DNA of 64,000 nt from an uncultured Methanomicrobiales archaeon (GCA_963758915.1 CAVWXH010000009.1:1-64000), one strand, 5' to 3'. Positions 21,307 through 33,210 are shown, counted from the first letter of the stretch. Notes: generated from the sequence alone by a model not told the origin. Made by a program: numbers and translations.

Positions 21307-21780
21307 ATGGTACTTCGGAGAAATTATCCAATCATATGGACGGACCGTGATATTGACGACCTGCGAAATGAATTCATGACCAGGTTTGATCGCCTGATGA
21401 CCAGCCCCCTGCTCCCTCCCGAAACTTTTGTGGAGAGAATTATCCCAACCCTCCTCGGGGAGTTGCGGGTGGATGTGGCCGAGCAGGAAAGCGAAGTAAT
21501 TGTTGTTGCCGACCTTCCCGGTGTAGAGAAAGAAAACGTGGAGATTTCCCTGGTCAACCCGCGGACGCTCGAGATCAGGTGTGAGCGAAAGCATGAAAAA
21601 GAACAGGAAGAGGAGGGTTACTACATGAGAGAGAGAAGATCAGGCACTATCTCCCGCGTGATCCCTCTCCCGTGTGAAGTAAGCGATGACGGGGCTTCAG
21701 CAACGTTCAGAAACGGGGTGCTTGAAGTCCATTTTAAGAAGATAAAAAATGAACGCAGTGCTAAAATCAAAATTGATTGA
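21307..21780 (+). CDS. hsp20: Small heat shock protein Hsp20
   Basis: ADLPGVEKE, RERRSG and ATFRNGVLEV alpha-crystallin motifs. Confidence 0.95.
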   Translation: MVLRRNYPIIWTDRDIDDLRNEFMTRFDRLMTSPLLPPETFVERIIPTLLGELRVDVAEQESEVIVVADLPGVEKENVEISLVNPRTLEIRCERKHEKEQEEEGYYMRERRSGTISRVIPLPCEVSDDGASATFRNGVLEVHFKKIKNERSAKIKID

Positions 21781-21834
21781 AAATTTTCCTTTTTTCCGAT
21801 GATTTCAAGTAATAATCCGACGTGATCTACTGTG

Positions 21835-22623
21835 ATGGACAAGAAAAAGGTCAGGGATTACATGACCTACGATGTGGTGACGATCGATGTCCATGGCACG
21901 ACAAAAGATGTCATCGAAAAGATCCAGAATACAGGACATGACGGGTTCCCGGTCGTTGACGGAAGGGAGGTGGTCGGGTATTTATCAGCGAGGGACCTGC
22001 TATTTGTCCCTTCCACAACCCCGATTGACAAAGTCATGTCAGACCACCTGATCGTAGCCGACCCCGAGATGAGCATTAACGATGCAGCGAGGGTAATCTT
22101 CCGTTCCGGGATCCAGAAACTACCGGTGGTGGATGAAAAAAACATCCTGCTCGGGATCATATCAAATACCGACGTAATCAGGAGCCAGATAGAACATGTA
22201 TCCCCGGAAAAGGTATTTAATTTCATAGAGACCCTGAAGAAACTTCATGGGATCTCTCCCACCCTGAAACGGGAGACGGTGCAGATCGACCAGCTCCTGC
22301 CAACCCAGTCAAAAATATACGAGGACGAACTTGAGGGCCGGATGTACGAGATTAAAAAAGGTCTTGCAGAGCCCCTTATTGTTGTCAGGCGTCCGGGGAG
22401 GTTAATCCTTGTTGATGGTCACCACCGGACGGTTGCAGCAAAGAGAATGGGAATTAAAGCCCTTGATGCCTACCTGATAGAGATCGATGATGATATCGAA
22501 CTTGGCATGGAGCGGACCGCAAAGGCAATGAACCTAAAAACTATCGACGATATAACCGTCCTTGATTATGCCCGACACCCGCTGGTGGCCATTACACACC
22601 GCCTTGTACGGCGGGTTGAATAA
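21835..22623 (+). CDS. CBS-pair + ParB/Srx domain protein
   Basis: Two CBS repeats followed by LLPTQ and LVDGHHR ParB/Srx motifs. Confidence 0.88.
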   Translation: MDKKKVRDYMTYDVVTIDVHGTTKDVIEKIQNTGHDGFPVVDGREVVGYLSARDLLFVPSTTPIDKVMSDHLIVADPEMSINDAARVIFRSGIQKLPVVDEKNILLGIISNTDVIRSQIEHVSPEKVFNFIETLKKLHGISPTLKRETVQIDQLLPTQSKIYEDELEGRMYEIKKGLAEPLIVVRRPGRLILVDGHHRTVAAKRMGIKALDAYLIEIDDDIELGMERTAKAMNLKTIDDITVLDYARHPLVAITHRLVRRVE

Positions 22624-22652
22624 CACGGTTTTATAAAATATTTGGGGGGCCT

Positions 22653-23831
22653 TTACGACCCTTCGCACTTTACATCAAATTTATCGTTCAGGACATGCTC
22701 CTTTACAATTGTATCGTCCCTGACCACTACTTCCGGCCATAACCGGGTCCGCGAATGGACGATAACACGGTCTCTCAGCACGACGCGGGGGCCGAGAACC
22801 GTATCATTTTCAATACTGCATGTATCGCCGATCAGGGTATCATTGTCGATGATACTCCCGCTGATGGTTGTATTTTTCCCGATGATGACCCTGTTATATA
22901 TCGATGAGGAGAACACCTTTGCGTTATTTTTTATGAGGCAGTTCTCCCCGATACTGGTGTAGGGACCGATCAGGACATTATCGCCAATGGTTGTCCCTGA
23001 TCCTATCGCAACAGGCCCGATAAGCCTTGAATTCACACCCATGGAGAAGGAATCCCCGAGCTGGACCGGCCCCTGGATCTTGGCGGTCTTTATTGTCAGG
23101 TCACCACTGATACTCGTATACCTGATATCAGTCAGTTTCCATTTTTCAGCCTGCCGGAGCATGTTCGGGCTCCCGACATCGGTCCAGTTCCCCCGTGCAA
23201 GCCAGCCTGAAATGGTCAAGCCTGCTTCCATCAGGCCGGGGAACAGGTCCCGGGCAAAATCAAATTTTTTCCCTGCCGGAATATGGTCGAATATCTCCGG
23301 GCTGCAGACATACATCCCGGTACTTGCAAGGTTTGAAAAAATCTCCCCGGGTGCAGGTTTCTCCTTGAACCGCTTAATGTGGTAATCCACATCAATTTCG
23401 GCGATACCATATTCAGACGGGTCATCGATGCTGATCAGGCCTATCGATGCCGGGACACGCTCCTTCATATGTTCCCGGTAAAATTCAAGGAGGTTTAAAT
23501 CTGTTACGTGGTCCCCTCCTACCACGAGAAAGTCCTGGCCCTCGAGGAATTTCTGGGCATTCTTGACACTGCCGGCAGTACCAAGCTTGGTCTTTTCATG
23601 CACGTAGGTAATATCAACACCGAAGAGGGAACCGTCACCAAGGGCACGCTCGATTACCTCCCCCATGTAACCAAGCGTGATGACCACTTCACGGAACCCG
23701 ATATTGGAGAGGTGTGAGACCAGGTGCTCTATTGATGGTTTGTTCACTATCGGAATACAGGGCTTTGGCCGTTCAAACGTGAGGGGGCGAAGCCTGGTAC
23801 CTTCCCCGCCGCACATGATACACACCTTCAT
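22653..23831 (-). CDS. NDP-sugar pyrophosphorylase (mannose-1-phosphate guanylyltransferase-like) with LbH tail
   Basis: GGEGTRLRPLT...PKP motif and hexapeptide repeats. Confidence 0.9.
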   Translation of the reverse strand: MKVCIMCGGEGTRLRPLTFERPKPCIPIVNKPSIEHLVSHLSNIGFREVVITLGYMGEVIERALGDGSLFGVDITYVHEKTKLGTAGSVKNAQKFLEGQDFLVVGGDHVTDLNLLEFYREHMKERVPASIGLISIDDPSEYGIAEIDVDYHIKRFKEKPAPGEIFSNLASTGMYVCSPEIFDHIPAGKKFDFARDLFPGLMEAGLTISGWLARGNWTDVGSPNMLRQAEKWKLTDIRYTSISGDLTIKTAKIQGPVQLGDSFSMGVNSRLIGPVAIGSGTTIGDNVLIGPYTSIGENCLIKNNAKVFSSSIYNRVIIGKNTTISGSIIDNDTLIGDTCSIENDTVLGPRVVLRDRVIVHSRTRLWPEVVVRDDTIVKEHVLNDKFDVKCEGS

Positions 23832-23966
23832 ACAAGGAATTTAGGTCTGCATCATGTTAAACCATATTGAACTTTTTTTCAGGTGGATGAGCCCTTTGAA
23901 TCTTATGAAAGGGAAGTCTTTCCATTTTCGCAACCATGATCATCTGAAAACGTTATCATCCTCCGG

Positions 23967-24839
23967 GTGACCATATATGATACGGTATATTTGACAAGTA
24001 CTGAAAAAGACCGGTGGCCCGGGGCAGGCCGGCAACGTGAAATTGCAATTGCAATTCCTCTTATCTCTTTTGGAGGAATCGCAATCGGTGTGATCCTTCA
24101 GATGGCAGGTGTAATCCCTGATGCCGCGGAATTCTGGTATGGCCCTGCGATAGGGGCGTTTCTGCTTGGTTACCTTGCATGGCTCAAACCACGGCTCGAT
24201 GTCGTTTCGATTTGCGCACCAATCTTTGCCGTTATGATCCTGATTTTACCCCTCGATGCGAAACCGGGCCTGTTGATCGTCATTCTTTTTGCGATCAGTA
24301 TTACAATTCTTTTGATACGGCTTGAGAAAAAATTCAGTACTCCAAGAAAGAATTCAGAGGAGGACCCTATGGAACACTATCTGTATGACTACATGGAACG
24401 GCTCAGAGTTATGTTCAGTGATGTTGATCGAAAAACAGCGCATGAAATCGCCCAGGCATTTCTCTCCTTCCGGTATGGCCTGTATGGCAACACGGTGAAA
24501 CAGGCGGATGATGCAATCCTGCTGATGAAAGATACGGAGCCTCAGAAAGTCCTTAAAACAGCACTCACAATACTGCGGGAGCGGGCTTATAACCTCGAAA
24601 ATGCAGATGTGACCCCGGTTACCGACATTTTCTTTGTGGATGATGATGCACCCTACCTTGCCATCCATATCCCCAAAGAAGCAGACCTCGACGCGGCAAC
24701 ACTCCAGCCTGACAACGCGATCGTCTTTATTTATTCCGTCTCCTTCATGACATCAGAAGAGGATGAACAGACCCTTGATGAGCACCAGAAATACATCATC
24801 GGAATATTAAGTTCATATAAAAAGGCAATGGGCCTTTGA
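23967..24839 (+). CDS. Hypothetical membrane protein (4 TM + soluble helical domain)
   Basis: 290-aa ORF with hydrophobic N-terminal half. Confidence 0.7.
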   Translation: MTIYDTVYLTSTEKDRWPGAGRQREIAIAIPLISFGGIAIGVILQMAGVIPDAAEFWYGPAIGAFLLGYLAWLKPRLDVVSICAPIFAVMILILPLDAKPGLLIVILFAISITILLIRLEKKFSTPRKNSEEDPMEHYLYDYMERLRVMFSDVDRKTAHEIAQAFLSFRYGLYGNTVKQADDAILLMKDTEPQKVLKTALTILRERAYNLENADVTPVTDIFFVDDDAPYLAIHIPKEADLDAATLQPDNAIVFIYSVSFMTSEEDEQTLDEHQKYIIGILSSYKKAMGL

Positions 24840-24946
24840 ATAGTATTGCTGATAGAGAAAAATTTCCTTTTTTCCGGGTAAAAAAACTCCAGGCTACCAT
24901 CTGAATACCCTTTTTATAATCCCCAATGAGCCCGGGGACCATAGCC

Positions 24947-25210
24947 AGCATTGTTGGAATCATGCGTAATTATTAAGGAGATTAAAATATGCAGAACGGG
25001 GTGTTTCACCCCCTCCCTGTAGCACCCCATAAAGATAATCCTGGGGCAGGGTTTTAATCGATTTTTGTAACTGTTCCAGAGGTCCCAGGACCCGGGTATC
25101 GATCCCAGCCGGGGTGTCAAAGCGGCAGGGCGGAGCCCGGGGAACATGGACCAGCCTTTGGGATAATACTAAATCAGTAAAAAATTAGGTTAAAGGATTT
25201 CTACGGATCC
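24947..25210 (-). mobile_element. Diverged module A copy, reverse orientation
   Basis: TTTCACCCCCTCCCTG, GGGCAGGGTT and ATCCCAGCCGGGG...AAAGCGGC...GCCCGGGG are the reverse complement of the core. Confidence 0.7.
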
Positions 25211-25222
25211 ATAACAAGAAAA

Positions 25223-25543
25223 TTACAGGGTGTCAAGACTTACACCATTAAAATCCTGCATTATTTCCCCGATTTCCTTCACGCCGAATGCAGTCTGAAC
25301 ATGGTTCATCTCGATCTGTGCCGCAACATCACACATATAATCGAGGATGTCCACCGATAATTCCCTCTGCTGCTTGCTTTTCCTGACCTGGTCAACGAGG
25401 GAAGAGATCTTCGCTGGGGGCTCCATGCGGATCTTTGCCAGGCTGATCACGCACATGTAGATCCTTGTCAGGTTCCTGTCGGTACCCGTAATGGTATCGA
25501 AGAAATTCCGAAGGATCTGCGCCTGATAGACTTCGCCACCCAT
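25223..25543 (-). CDS. Hypothetical protein
   Basis: 106-aa ORF with upstream TATA-like sequence. Confidence 0.65.
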   Translation of the reverse strand: MGGEVYQAQILRNFFDTITGTDRNLTRIYMCVISLAKIRMEPPAKISSLVDQVRKSKQQRELSVDILDYMCDVAAQIEMNHVQTAFGVKEIGEIMQDFNGVSLDTL

Positions 25544-25780
25544 GATAAAAGTGTGTATCTTTTACTACTATATAAGGTTATCTCGGTCCGCATAACATGA
25601 TACTCTTCAAACCCTGCTGTTTTTGGAAAATTACGATGATCGCGGCGGTATCAGGGTTATCACTGGTACATCAGCAGGTAATTCACAGCACAATGTGTGA
25701 AAAAGCAGCTCTTTCACCCAAGACCCATCCCGTAGTTCAAACGTATATAGTGCAAAAGAAAGCCTATGCCAGAGGGTAGT

Positions 25781-26950
25781 TTATCTGGCTGTACTAACGA
25801 TCCTGATAATGTCGCCGTCTTTCAGTTCATGGGTGTCTTTCACCCGCATCTTTGTCCTCGCATCAACCGCATACAGGAACCCCTTCCCGATATCAGTATG
25901 GACCTGGAAGGCAAGGTCACGCGGAGTTGAACCTTTTTTCATGAGGAAGGCATCCGGGAGGACCCGCCCCTTTCCATCGCAATAGTGGTGTTCATCTTCA
26001 ACAGGGTACACAACAATCCTGTCAAGCAAAGAATAGACAGCATGGTTTAGTGCCTGCTGCACACCGGTGCCACCGTATTCTTTCATTGTTGCTGCGATTT
26101 TAGCAAGGCCCGCTTTCTGAGCGGGAGTCAGGGAACCCTCATCCACAACCGTGAACGAAGGATCGCCAGGGACATACCGGATAACGTGTCCGTTTGATGC
26201 ATTCCTGAGTGCAAGTTCCCCGGCCGCGCTCGAGAAGGCCATTTTTTCAGTTTTTAACCTGGCAACCATGTCCTTCGGGGCTGCATCGACCTTATTTCCT
26301 ACAACGATCATGGGTTTACTGATTTTTACAATTTCGCGACAGAAATTGATCAGCCCCTGTTCGTCCGTATGGACGAGGTCTATCCCCGCTGCCACCTCGG
26401 CATCCCTGATCTCTTCAGGGGTCACGCCAAGACCGGTGAACACCTCTGCAACACCTTTATGGATCAGGAAACCTTTTGTCTGTGCCTGCCGGTGGAGCTT
26501 GCCCCAGTGCTTGTCAAGGATACCATATACCCACATCGTCATCTCAAACTTGAGGAATGCAATGTCCACAAGGGGGTCATGCGCACCGGGATCAAGGGGG
26601 TTCCCCTCGCTGTCGGTCGCACCGCTGGCGTCAACGATATGGATAATTGCATCGGCCTGCCGGAGGTTATCAAGGAACTGGTTACCAAGACCCCGCCCCT
26701 TGTGGGCGTCCGGAACAAGTCCCGCTACGTCGATAATATTTACCGGCACAAAACGGTCACCGTCCTGGCATGCGCTGCAAACGAGTCCGAGCTCTTTACA
26801 GGGGCATTTCGTCCGGACATACCCTACCCCGAAATTGGCGGTGATGGTAGTGAACGGGTAATTCGCGATCTCAGCATGCGCAAGGGTCGCTGCTTTAAAA
26901 AACGTGGACTTGCCGCAGTTTGGTTTTCCTGCTAATGCGAGTGTGATCAT
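25781..26950 (-). CDS. ychF: Obg-family YchF-like GTPase/ATPase with TGS domain
   Basis: GKPNCGKST, YPFTT, DVAGL and NKVD motifs; TGS tail. Confidence 0.92.
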   Translation of the reverse strand: MITLALAGKPNCGKSTFFKAATLAHAEIANYPFTTITANFGVGYVRTKCPCKELGLVCSACQDGDRFVPVNIIDVAGLVPDAHKGRGLGNQFLDNLRQADAIIHIVDASGATDSEGNPLDPGAHDPLVDIAFLKFEMTMWVYGILDKHWGKLHRQAQTKGFLIHKGVAEVFTGLGVTPEEIRDAEVAAGIDLVHTDEQGLINFCREIVKISKPMIVVGNKVDAAPKDMVARLKTEKMAFSSAAGELALRNASNGHVIRYVPGDPSFTVVDEGSLTPAQKAGLAKIAATMKEYGGTGVQQALNHAVYSLLDRIVVYPVEDEHHYCDGKGRVLPDAFLMKKGSTPRDLAFQVHTDIGKGFLYAVDARTKMRVKDTHELKDGDIIRIVSTAR

Positions 26951-26992
26951 TGCAATTCACTTTAAGTGATCAGAGTTTATTAATTTGTTATC

Positions 26993-27583
26993 ATGGCATT
27001 CACAGAGAAGATTATCTATTATTTTGATTCTCCAGGGCCCCATAATACCGCTGATGCGGCCCGTATCGCTGTCTCCCGCGCAAAGGAGCTCGGGCTTTCG
27101 AAGGTCCTTGTGGCAAGTACATCCGGGGAAACTGCGGTAAAATTTTATGATGAACTGAAAGGGTCAGGTCTCCAGCTTATCGTCGTGACTCATGTGGTAG
27201 GTTTTTCCAAGCCAGGAATCTGGGAATTTCAAAAGGATATCGCGGAAAGGCTTACCCGTGATGGGGTAAGGATTGTGACCGGTACCCACGTTCTTTCAGG
27301 ACTCGAGCGGGCCATCTCACGGTCTGCGAAGGTCGGTGGCGGTTCAAGGACTGATGCCATCGCAGAATCGCTGCGGAGGAACGTGGCAGTAGGGCTGAAA
27401 GTCGCCATAGAATGTACCCTGATCGCTGCTGACCAGGGGGCAGTCGGCGTGGAGGAGGAGATCGTTGCCGTCGGGGGGACGTATTCTGGATCAGATACCG
27501 TGTGCGTAATCAGGCCCTCCCACACGGCCTCATTCTTCGATCTGCAGGTACGAGAGATTGTAGCCATGCCAAGGGACCGGTAA
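26993..27583 (+). CDS. Pyruvate kinase C-terminal-like alpha/beta domain protein
   Basis: VASTSGETA, VVTH and GLKVAIE...AADQG motifs. Confidence 0.85.
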   Translation: MAFTEKIIYYFDSPGPHNTADAARIAVSRAKELGLSKVLVASTSGETAVKFYDELKGSGLQLIVVTHVVGFSKPGIWEFQKDIAERLTRDGVRIVTGTHVLSGLERAISRSAKVGGGSRTDAIAESLRRNVAVGLKVAIECTLIAADQGAVGVEEEIVAVGGTYSGSDTVCVIRPSHTASFFDLQVREIVAMPRDR

Positions 27584-27586
27584 GAT

Positions 27587-28429
27587 ATGGTCCTCGCATC
27601 ACTCCGGGAGGCACTCGGCCTTATTACGAGGCATCCGGTCCTCTGGCTGCCGGGTTTATTGCTTGCCCTGGTAGGGGCAGCAGACTTAAACATTGAGTAT
27701 TACGGGGAGAGTTTCCTTGCCGGGAAACTATGGGTACTTGAAATTATCATCCTGCCCTTCTTCGTTGCGGGTCTCCTCGCTGCAGTCAGGAACAATGATA
27801 TGACATTTCGCAGCTTTGTTACAAACGGGCTGAACAATTATTTCCGTGTGCTCCTGCCGGGAATCGTCATACTGTTTGCAGCACTTATTACCGCCGTCCT
27901 GCTCATCATACCGCTCTCGTTAATCGGAACACCGGGGTCAGCCATGGGACTCTATGCAGGTATCCTGCTGGGTGTTGCCGTGCCGTTCATATTCCTGATG
28001 TATTTCTATGACGCCGTTGCGGTCTTTGAAAACGAAAAGGTCTTTGAATCAATACGGCGCAGTATCGAACTTACCATGAACCACACCGGGCTCGTGGTAA
28101 AATTTTTCCTGGTCAACATCGTTATACTGCTCACCGGGTTCTTCATTATTTTCATGATATGGACCATGATGTTCTTCGATAAGCTCACACCCCTTACCAC
28201 GATGAATGCCACTGAAATCCAGGTGGTAACCCCGGAATATTTTACTTCACTGCTCGGTGCCGATGGGATCATTATAACTTCGGTCATCTTTGCGGTGGGC
28301 GCCCTTGTCATCGTCACGGTCCTCTATACCTATAAAGCATGTTTTTACAAGGTGCTTTCCGAGACAAAAACCCCTGTTACAGCAGTCCAGGGAGAGTATG
28401 ACGAAAAGGGGCGCTGGTATAAATATTAA
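27587..28429 (+). CDS. Hypothetical multi-pass membrane protein
   Basis: About 6 TM segments; C-terminal GEYDEKGRWYKY. Confidence 0.75.
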   Translation: MVLASLREALGLITRHPVLWLPGLLLALVGAADLNIEYYGESFLAGKLWVLEIIILPFFVAGLLAAVRNNDMTFRSFVTNGLNNYFRVLLPGIVILFAALITAVLLIIPLSLIGTPGSAMGLYAGILLGVAVPFIFLMYFYDAVAVFENEKVFESIRRSIELTMNHTGLVVKFFLVNIVILLTGFFIIFMIWTMMFFDKLTPLTTMNATEIQVVTPEYFTSLLGADGIIITSVIFAVGALVIVTVLYTYKACFYKVLSETKTPVTAVQGEYDEKGRWYKY

Positions 28430-28664
28430 TCAACCCGGGGAGTCAAAAATCAGGATCCTTTTTTCTGCAGGATATAACATCCTGAAATTTTCCCCGGTTT
28501 CCGGCTGATATGAAAAACTTTGGCTAAACAATCTGGAAGGTCACCTTTTTCATGCCCATCTATAAGCCAGAGGCCCATAGCACGCTTTGTTGAGACGCTC
28601 CATCATCTAACTTGTAGATTTTTCGTACCGGTTTCCGAATTATTCTGACAACCAGGCGTCATGG

Positions 28665-29894
28665 TTATACTGCCAGTGCCCAGAACATGGCGAGAGCAAA
28701 AAGTCCTCCACCGAGAGTACCGATGACATTTGTCCCGGCGTTCCCAATGTATCCGCGGTTTTCTATAAGGGCACCGGCAAGGCTGTCGATGTTGGTCCCG
28801 ACAAGTCCTGCAAGGCTGCAAATTAACAGGGTCGGAAGATCGATGACCCCAAGAAAAAAGGCAGTGGCTGATATGCCAATGGCGCAGATCAAAGCGGACA
28901 TCTCACCAAGCAGGGTGACACCACCGTTTGTCCCGGCAGGTACTTTTTTACCGGTGGTGATCATGTACGGCGTGCCTCCGGTTACCCCGATCTCGCTGGC
29001 GACGGTGTCAGCTGCGGCGGTTGCCACGCTACCGACAAACATTGCAGCAAATGCAGGGTTCTGGGTAACCCCGTATAATATTGCAGCGGCTGCAGAAACG
29101 CCTCCATTGGCAAATACGTTCCGGTACCCCCGTGCACCGCCGCGGTTCTGCTCGACCCCGAATTTTTCTTTCTCGGCATAACGGTAACGGGTGCATGCCG
29201 ACCCGGCGATAAAAAAGGCAAGCATGATGAGAAACCATCGCACGTCCGCGAACACGATCAGGAGGACCCCAAGCAACGCCGCCGAAAAGAGGCCTGAAAT
29301 GTCTGCGGTTTTAAAGCGGTAGGCAAAATAGCCAAACCCGAACGCAATGATTACCGCCACTGATATCAGGGGAACACTTACCTGGTAATTCAGGTCACTG
29401 AAGAGGAGCATCGTCATCGAGATCCCAAGGGTCTCGACCATGAGTGCATCATCGCGGTCACCAAGGATCACTTTCAGGAGGACTGCAACGATGATCCCCA
29501 TAAGCACGGTAAGAGGGGCAGGTTGCGGGAGATACAGGATGTTCTGAAGGTACAGTGTATACAGGGTGATCAGGACTGCACTCGCCGCAGCAACCAGCGT
29601 GTAAGCAAAGTATGACCTGATATTCTCACCGACTGACCGGAATACCAGTTCTCCAATCACGACAAATGCAAGGGTACATGAAAAGATGAAGAGGGGTATA
29701 AGGCCGATGCCGTAAAAAATCGCCAGAGCGATGATAGACAGTGAAAAAAACTTGGTCTTCTGTATCAGGAGGAGAATAAGGGCAAAGAGTACGACGATGA
29801 TCGAGAAGAACCAGGGGGGCTGGACAAACGGTGCAACTACTATGCAGGCGATTGCGAGGACTGCGGCAACCCGTTCACCGAGCTTATCCATCAT
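28665..29894 (-). CDS. DUF92/TIGR00297 (TMEM19-like) membrane protein
   Basis: NVFANGG, ADTVASEIG, GTNGGVTLLG and DSLAGA motifs. Confidence 0.9.
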   Translation of the reverse strand: MMDKLGERVAAVLAIACIVVAPFVQPPWFFSIIVVLFALILLLIQKTKFFSLSIIALAIFYGIGLIPLFIFSCTLAFVVIGELVFRSVGENIRSYFAYTLVAAASAVLITLYTLYLQNILYLPQPAPLTVLMGIIVAVLLKVILGDRDDALMVETLGISMTMLLFSDLNYQVSVPLISVAVIIAFGFGYFAYRFKTADISGLFSAALLGVLLIVFADVRWFLIMLAFFIAGSACTRYRYAEKEKFGVEQNRGGARGYRNVFANGGVSAAAAILYGVTQNPAFAAMFVGSVATAAADTVASEIGVTGGTPYMITTGKKVPAGTNGGVTLLGEMSALICAIGISATAFFLGVIDLPTLLICSLAGLVGTNIDSLAGALIENRGYIGNAGTNVIGTLGGGLFALAMFWALAV

Positions 29895-30044
29895 TGTTCA
29901 GCTATTCGACTGGATTGCATTAGAGCTTTCTTCTCGGGGTCATGTGGCAGAATTTCATGTTACCTGAGAATATTACGTTGTTTTTAAAAATGTCCACCTC
30001 TGCATTCGATTACTATATGTGATAAAAAGACAGATAATCAGGAG

Positions 30045-32636
30045 ATGTCATCACATGAACTCCCGAAAACATATGATTACGCCGAAGTAGAACCGCGGTG
30101 GCAGAATACGTGGCGCGATGAAGACAATTATTTTGATAAAAACTCAAAGAAACCCCAGTTTGTCATCGATACGCCGCCGCCCTACCCTACCGGCAACTTT
30201 CATATCGGGAATGCCCTTAACTGGTGTTATATCGATTTTATCGCCCGCTATAAACGGATGCAAGGGTTTAATGTGATGTTTCCCCAGGGATGGGACTGCC
30301 ACGGTCTCCCAACAGAGGTGAAAGTTGAGGAGACACACGGCATTACAAAAAATGATGTCCCGAGGGAAGAGTTCCGAAACATGTGCCGTGAACTGACGCT
30401 CGCAAATATCGGGAAAATGAGAACGACCCTGCGGAGGATGGGGTTCTCGATTGACTGGTCGAATGAATATATCACGATGATGCCGGCATATTACAAAAAG
30501 ACCCAGCTCTCGTTCCTCCGCATGTTTACGTCAGGCTATATCTACCAGAGTGAACACCCGGTCAATTTCTGTACAAGGTGCGAGACGGCAATCGCATTTG
30601 CCGAGGTCTCCTACGAGGGCAGGGAGACACACCTCAATTTCTTTGATTTCGACGGCATCGAGATAGCGACCACCAGGCCTGAACTCCTTGCAGCCTGCGT
30701 AGCCGTTGCCGTGCACCCCGGTGACGAGCGCTACAAGAGTATCTGGAATACCAGTCTCAAAGTCCCCCTTTTTGGTCACGAAGTACCGGTCGTGGTCGAT
30801 GAAGCAGTAGATCCCACATTTGGTTCCGGGGCCGTGATGATCTGTACATTCGGGGATAAACAGGATGTTCACTGGTGGAAACAACACAATCTTGCATTAC
30901 GGAAGGCAATCGACAGAAAAGGCACAATGACGGGGATTGCAGGTAAATACGAGGGGATGTCCTCAGCTGATTGCAGGGAGGCGATCCTTGTCGATATGAA
31001 AGCCAGCGATATCCTCTACAGGCAGGAGCCCCTCGAGCAGCGGGTGGGGGCCTGCTGGCGCTGTAAAACTCCGATCGAGATCATGAGCGAGCGCCAGTGG
31101 TTCGTAAAGATTCATCCTGATGAAATTTCAAAGGCGGCGCATGAAGTCAGCTGGAACCCCGGGCACATGTTACTGCGGATGGAGAACTGGGTCGGCCAGA
31201 TGGAATGGGACTGGTGTATCTCCCGGCAGCGGATTTTTGCCACCCCGATCCCGGTATGGTTCTGCAGCAGGTGCGGGGAGATGGTATTTCCTGCTGAAAA
31301 AGACCTCCCGGTTGACCCTGCCAGCACAAAGCCCGACCATCCCTGCCCGAAATGCGGGTCAACAGAATTCTCAGGGGAAGAAGATGTGCTCGATACCTGG
31401 ATGGACTCATCAATATCAGTACTTAATGTGACAGGCTGGGACGGGTCAGGTAACCCCCCGTATTTCCCAGCCCAGATCAGGCCACAGGGCCATGACATCA
31501 TAAGGACATGGGCGTTCTATACGATTCTCCGGTCGGTGGCCCTTACCGGTCAGCGTCCCTGGGACCAGATCCTCGTCAATGGCATGGTGCTTGGCGAGGA
31601 CGGGTTCAAAATGAGCAAGAGCCGTGGTAATATCATCGAACCCTTTGAAATTGTCGATAAATATGGGGCTGACGCACTGCGGCAATGGGGCGCAATGGGG
31701 GCTGCGACCGGTTCGGATATCATGTTCAACTGGAACGATGTCGTATCGGCATCGCGGTTCCAGACAAAGATGTGGAATATCACCCGTTTCTCTCTCATGC
31801 AGATTGAAAAGGAAGAGATCGGGCCCGATGCAAAGGTCACGGCACTGATCGACCGCTGGCTCCTGGGAAAACTGTCAGACACCATTGCAGAAGTGACAGA
31901 CGCAATGGAACAATGCCAGTTTGATCGGGCATTAAAATGCATCAGGGAATTTGCCTGGGAAGTGCTGGCTGACGAGTATATTGAACTTGTCAAGGGCAGG
32001 TTGTACACGGGTGGAGCGGACCGTGAGAGTGCATGTCTCGCACTCAGGACCACCTTCGACTCACTATGCCGGATGCTGGCGCCGTTCACCCCCTACTTTG
32101 CTGAAGAGTGCTATTCTTACCTTTCTTCTGTCAGCGTCCACAAGCAGGAATGGACGAAATTTACCTTTGCAGACGAGGAGGCACTGCGGGAAGGTGAACT
32201 TCTTGTAAAGGTGGTGTCCGAACTGAGACGCTACAAGCATGAACAGGGAATGGCCCTGAATGCCCCTCTTGGAAAGGTGACCATCTATGCCGTACACGGT
32301 ATCGATGACGCAGGAGACACCTCACGGACACTGAATGCAGAAGTCCTGTGGAGCAACAACAGGGCTGACCTTGAACAGGTGGTTTGTGATGTACAGTTCA
32401 ACCTCGGCGTGATCGGTCCTGCACTCAGGAAACAGGCAAAGGCATTCATGGACGCAGTCAGGGAACTTCCGAAAGATCAACTGATCAGCCCGCCATCCAC
32501 GATAATGGCAGGTGGAGAGGAAATCCCGGTACCAACGGGTGCATTTTCCCCAAAATATGCGTACATGGTCGGGGGAGAGAAAGTGGACGTGGTTAATGTC
32601 GGTGACGTGATTGTGACCGTGCAGCGGCCGACCTGA
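30045..32636 (+). CDS. valS: Valine--tRNA ligase
   Basis: [19 protein letters not shown] and KMSKS motifs. Confidence 0.97.
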   Translation: MSSHELPKTYDYAEVEPRWQNTWRDEDNYFDKNSKKPQFVIDTPPPYPTGNFHIGNALNWCYIDFIARYKRMQGFNVMFPQGWDCHGLPTEVKVEETHGITKNDVPREEFRNMCRELTLANIGKMRTTLRRMGFSIDWSNEYITMMPAYYKKTQLSFLRMFTSGYIYQSEHPVNFCTRCETAIAFAEVSYEGRETHLNFFDFDGIEIATTRPELLAACVAVAVHPGDERYKSIWNTSLKVPLFGHEVPVVVDEAVDPTFGSGAVMICTFGDKQDVHWWKQHNLALRKAIDRKGTMTGIAGKYEGMSSADCREAILVDMKASDILYRQEPLEQRVGACWRCKTPIEIMSERQWFVKIHPDEISKAAHEVSWNPGHMLLRMENWVGQMEWDWCISRQRIFATPIPVWFCSRCGEMVFPAEKDLPVDPASTKPDHPCPKCGSTEFSGEEDVLDTWMDSSISVLNVTGWDGSGNPPYFPAQIRPQGHDIIRTWAFYTILRSVALTGQRPWDQILVNGMVLGEDGFKMSKSRGNIIEPFEIVDKYGADALRQWGAMGAATGSDIMFNWNDVVSASRFQTKMWNITRFSLMQIEKEEIGPDAKVTALIDRWLLGKLSDTIAEVTDAMEQCQFDRALKCIREFAWEVLADEYIELVKGRLYTGGADRESACLALRTTFDSLCRMLAPFTPYFAEECYSYLSSVSVHKQEWTKFTFADEEALREGELLVKVVSELRRYKHEQGMALNAPLGKVTIYAVHGIDDAGDTSRTLNAEVLWSNNRADLEQVVCDVQFNLGVIGPALRKQAKAFMDAVRELPKDQLISPPSTIMAGGEEIPVPTGAFSPKYAYMVGGEKVDVVNVGDVIVTVQRPT

Positions 32637-33210
32637 TGGCATCGGCAACGAACTGCTGAATTTCCTTTTCACCTTTTTCTGCATCCACCAGGATAAACCG
32701 CGAGGGGTCTTCCCGTGCAAGTGCCAGGTAATTGTCCTGGAATTTTGAAAGGAGAGAGGCGTATTCGAAATGCTCCTTCCTGCCACGTCCTGAACACCGG
32801 AACAGGGCAATCTCTATCGGAAGTACAAGGAGAAATGTCAGGTCGGGAACTATTGTCCACCCGGTATGTACCTGCCTGAGCCAGGCGAGGGGGTCAGGTA
32901 CCAGGCCTTCGAGGGTCACCTGCTGGTATGCATACCGGCTGTCTGTGTAGCGGTCGGAGATAACAAGCTGGTTTTTTTCTAAGGCCGGACGGACCACGGT
33001 CGCCAGGTGAACCGCATGATCGGCGACAAACAGGAGCGCCTCGGCAACCGGATCGATCTCCTCTGCAATTGCACGCCGGACGGAATTTCCTATCCACGTC
33101 TCCCCGGGCTCACGGGTCATCACGGGCGCGAGATCTGAAAGGGAGGCTGACAGCGAGGCCACGAGGCTGCTCTTACCGCTGCCATCAATTCCTTCAATCG
33201 TTATTAACAG
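32593..33210 (-). CDS. tmk: Thymidylate kinase (probable non-canonical CTG start)
   Basis: [15 protein letters not shown]-loop lies upstream of the ORF-track start; TREPG and ISDRY motifs. Confidence 0.9.
   Translation of the reverse strand: MLITIEGIDGSGKSSLVASLSASLSDLAPVMTREPGETWIGNSVRRAIAEEIDPVAEALLFVADHAVHLATVVRPALEKNQLVISDRYTDSRYAYQQVTLEGLVPDPLAWLRQVHTGWTIVPDLTFLLVLPIEIALFRCSGRGRKEHFEYASLLSKFQDNYLALAREDPSRFILVDAEKGEKEIQQFVADAIRSAAARSQSRHRH

Noticed and set aside
32593-32636. 44-bp convergent overlap of valS and tmk
   Set aside because: Short tail-to-tail overlaps are common in compact archaeal genomes
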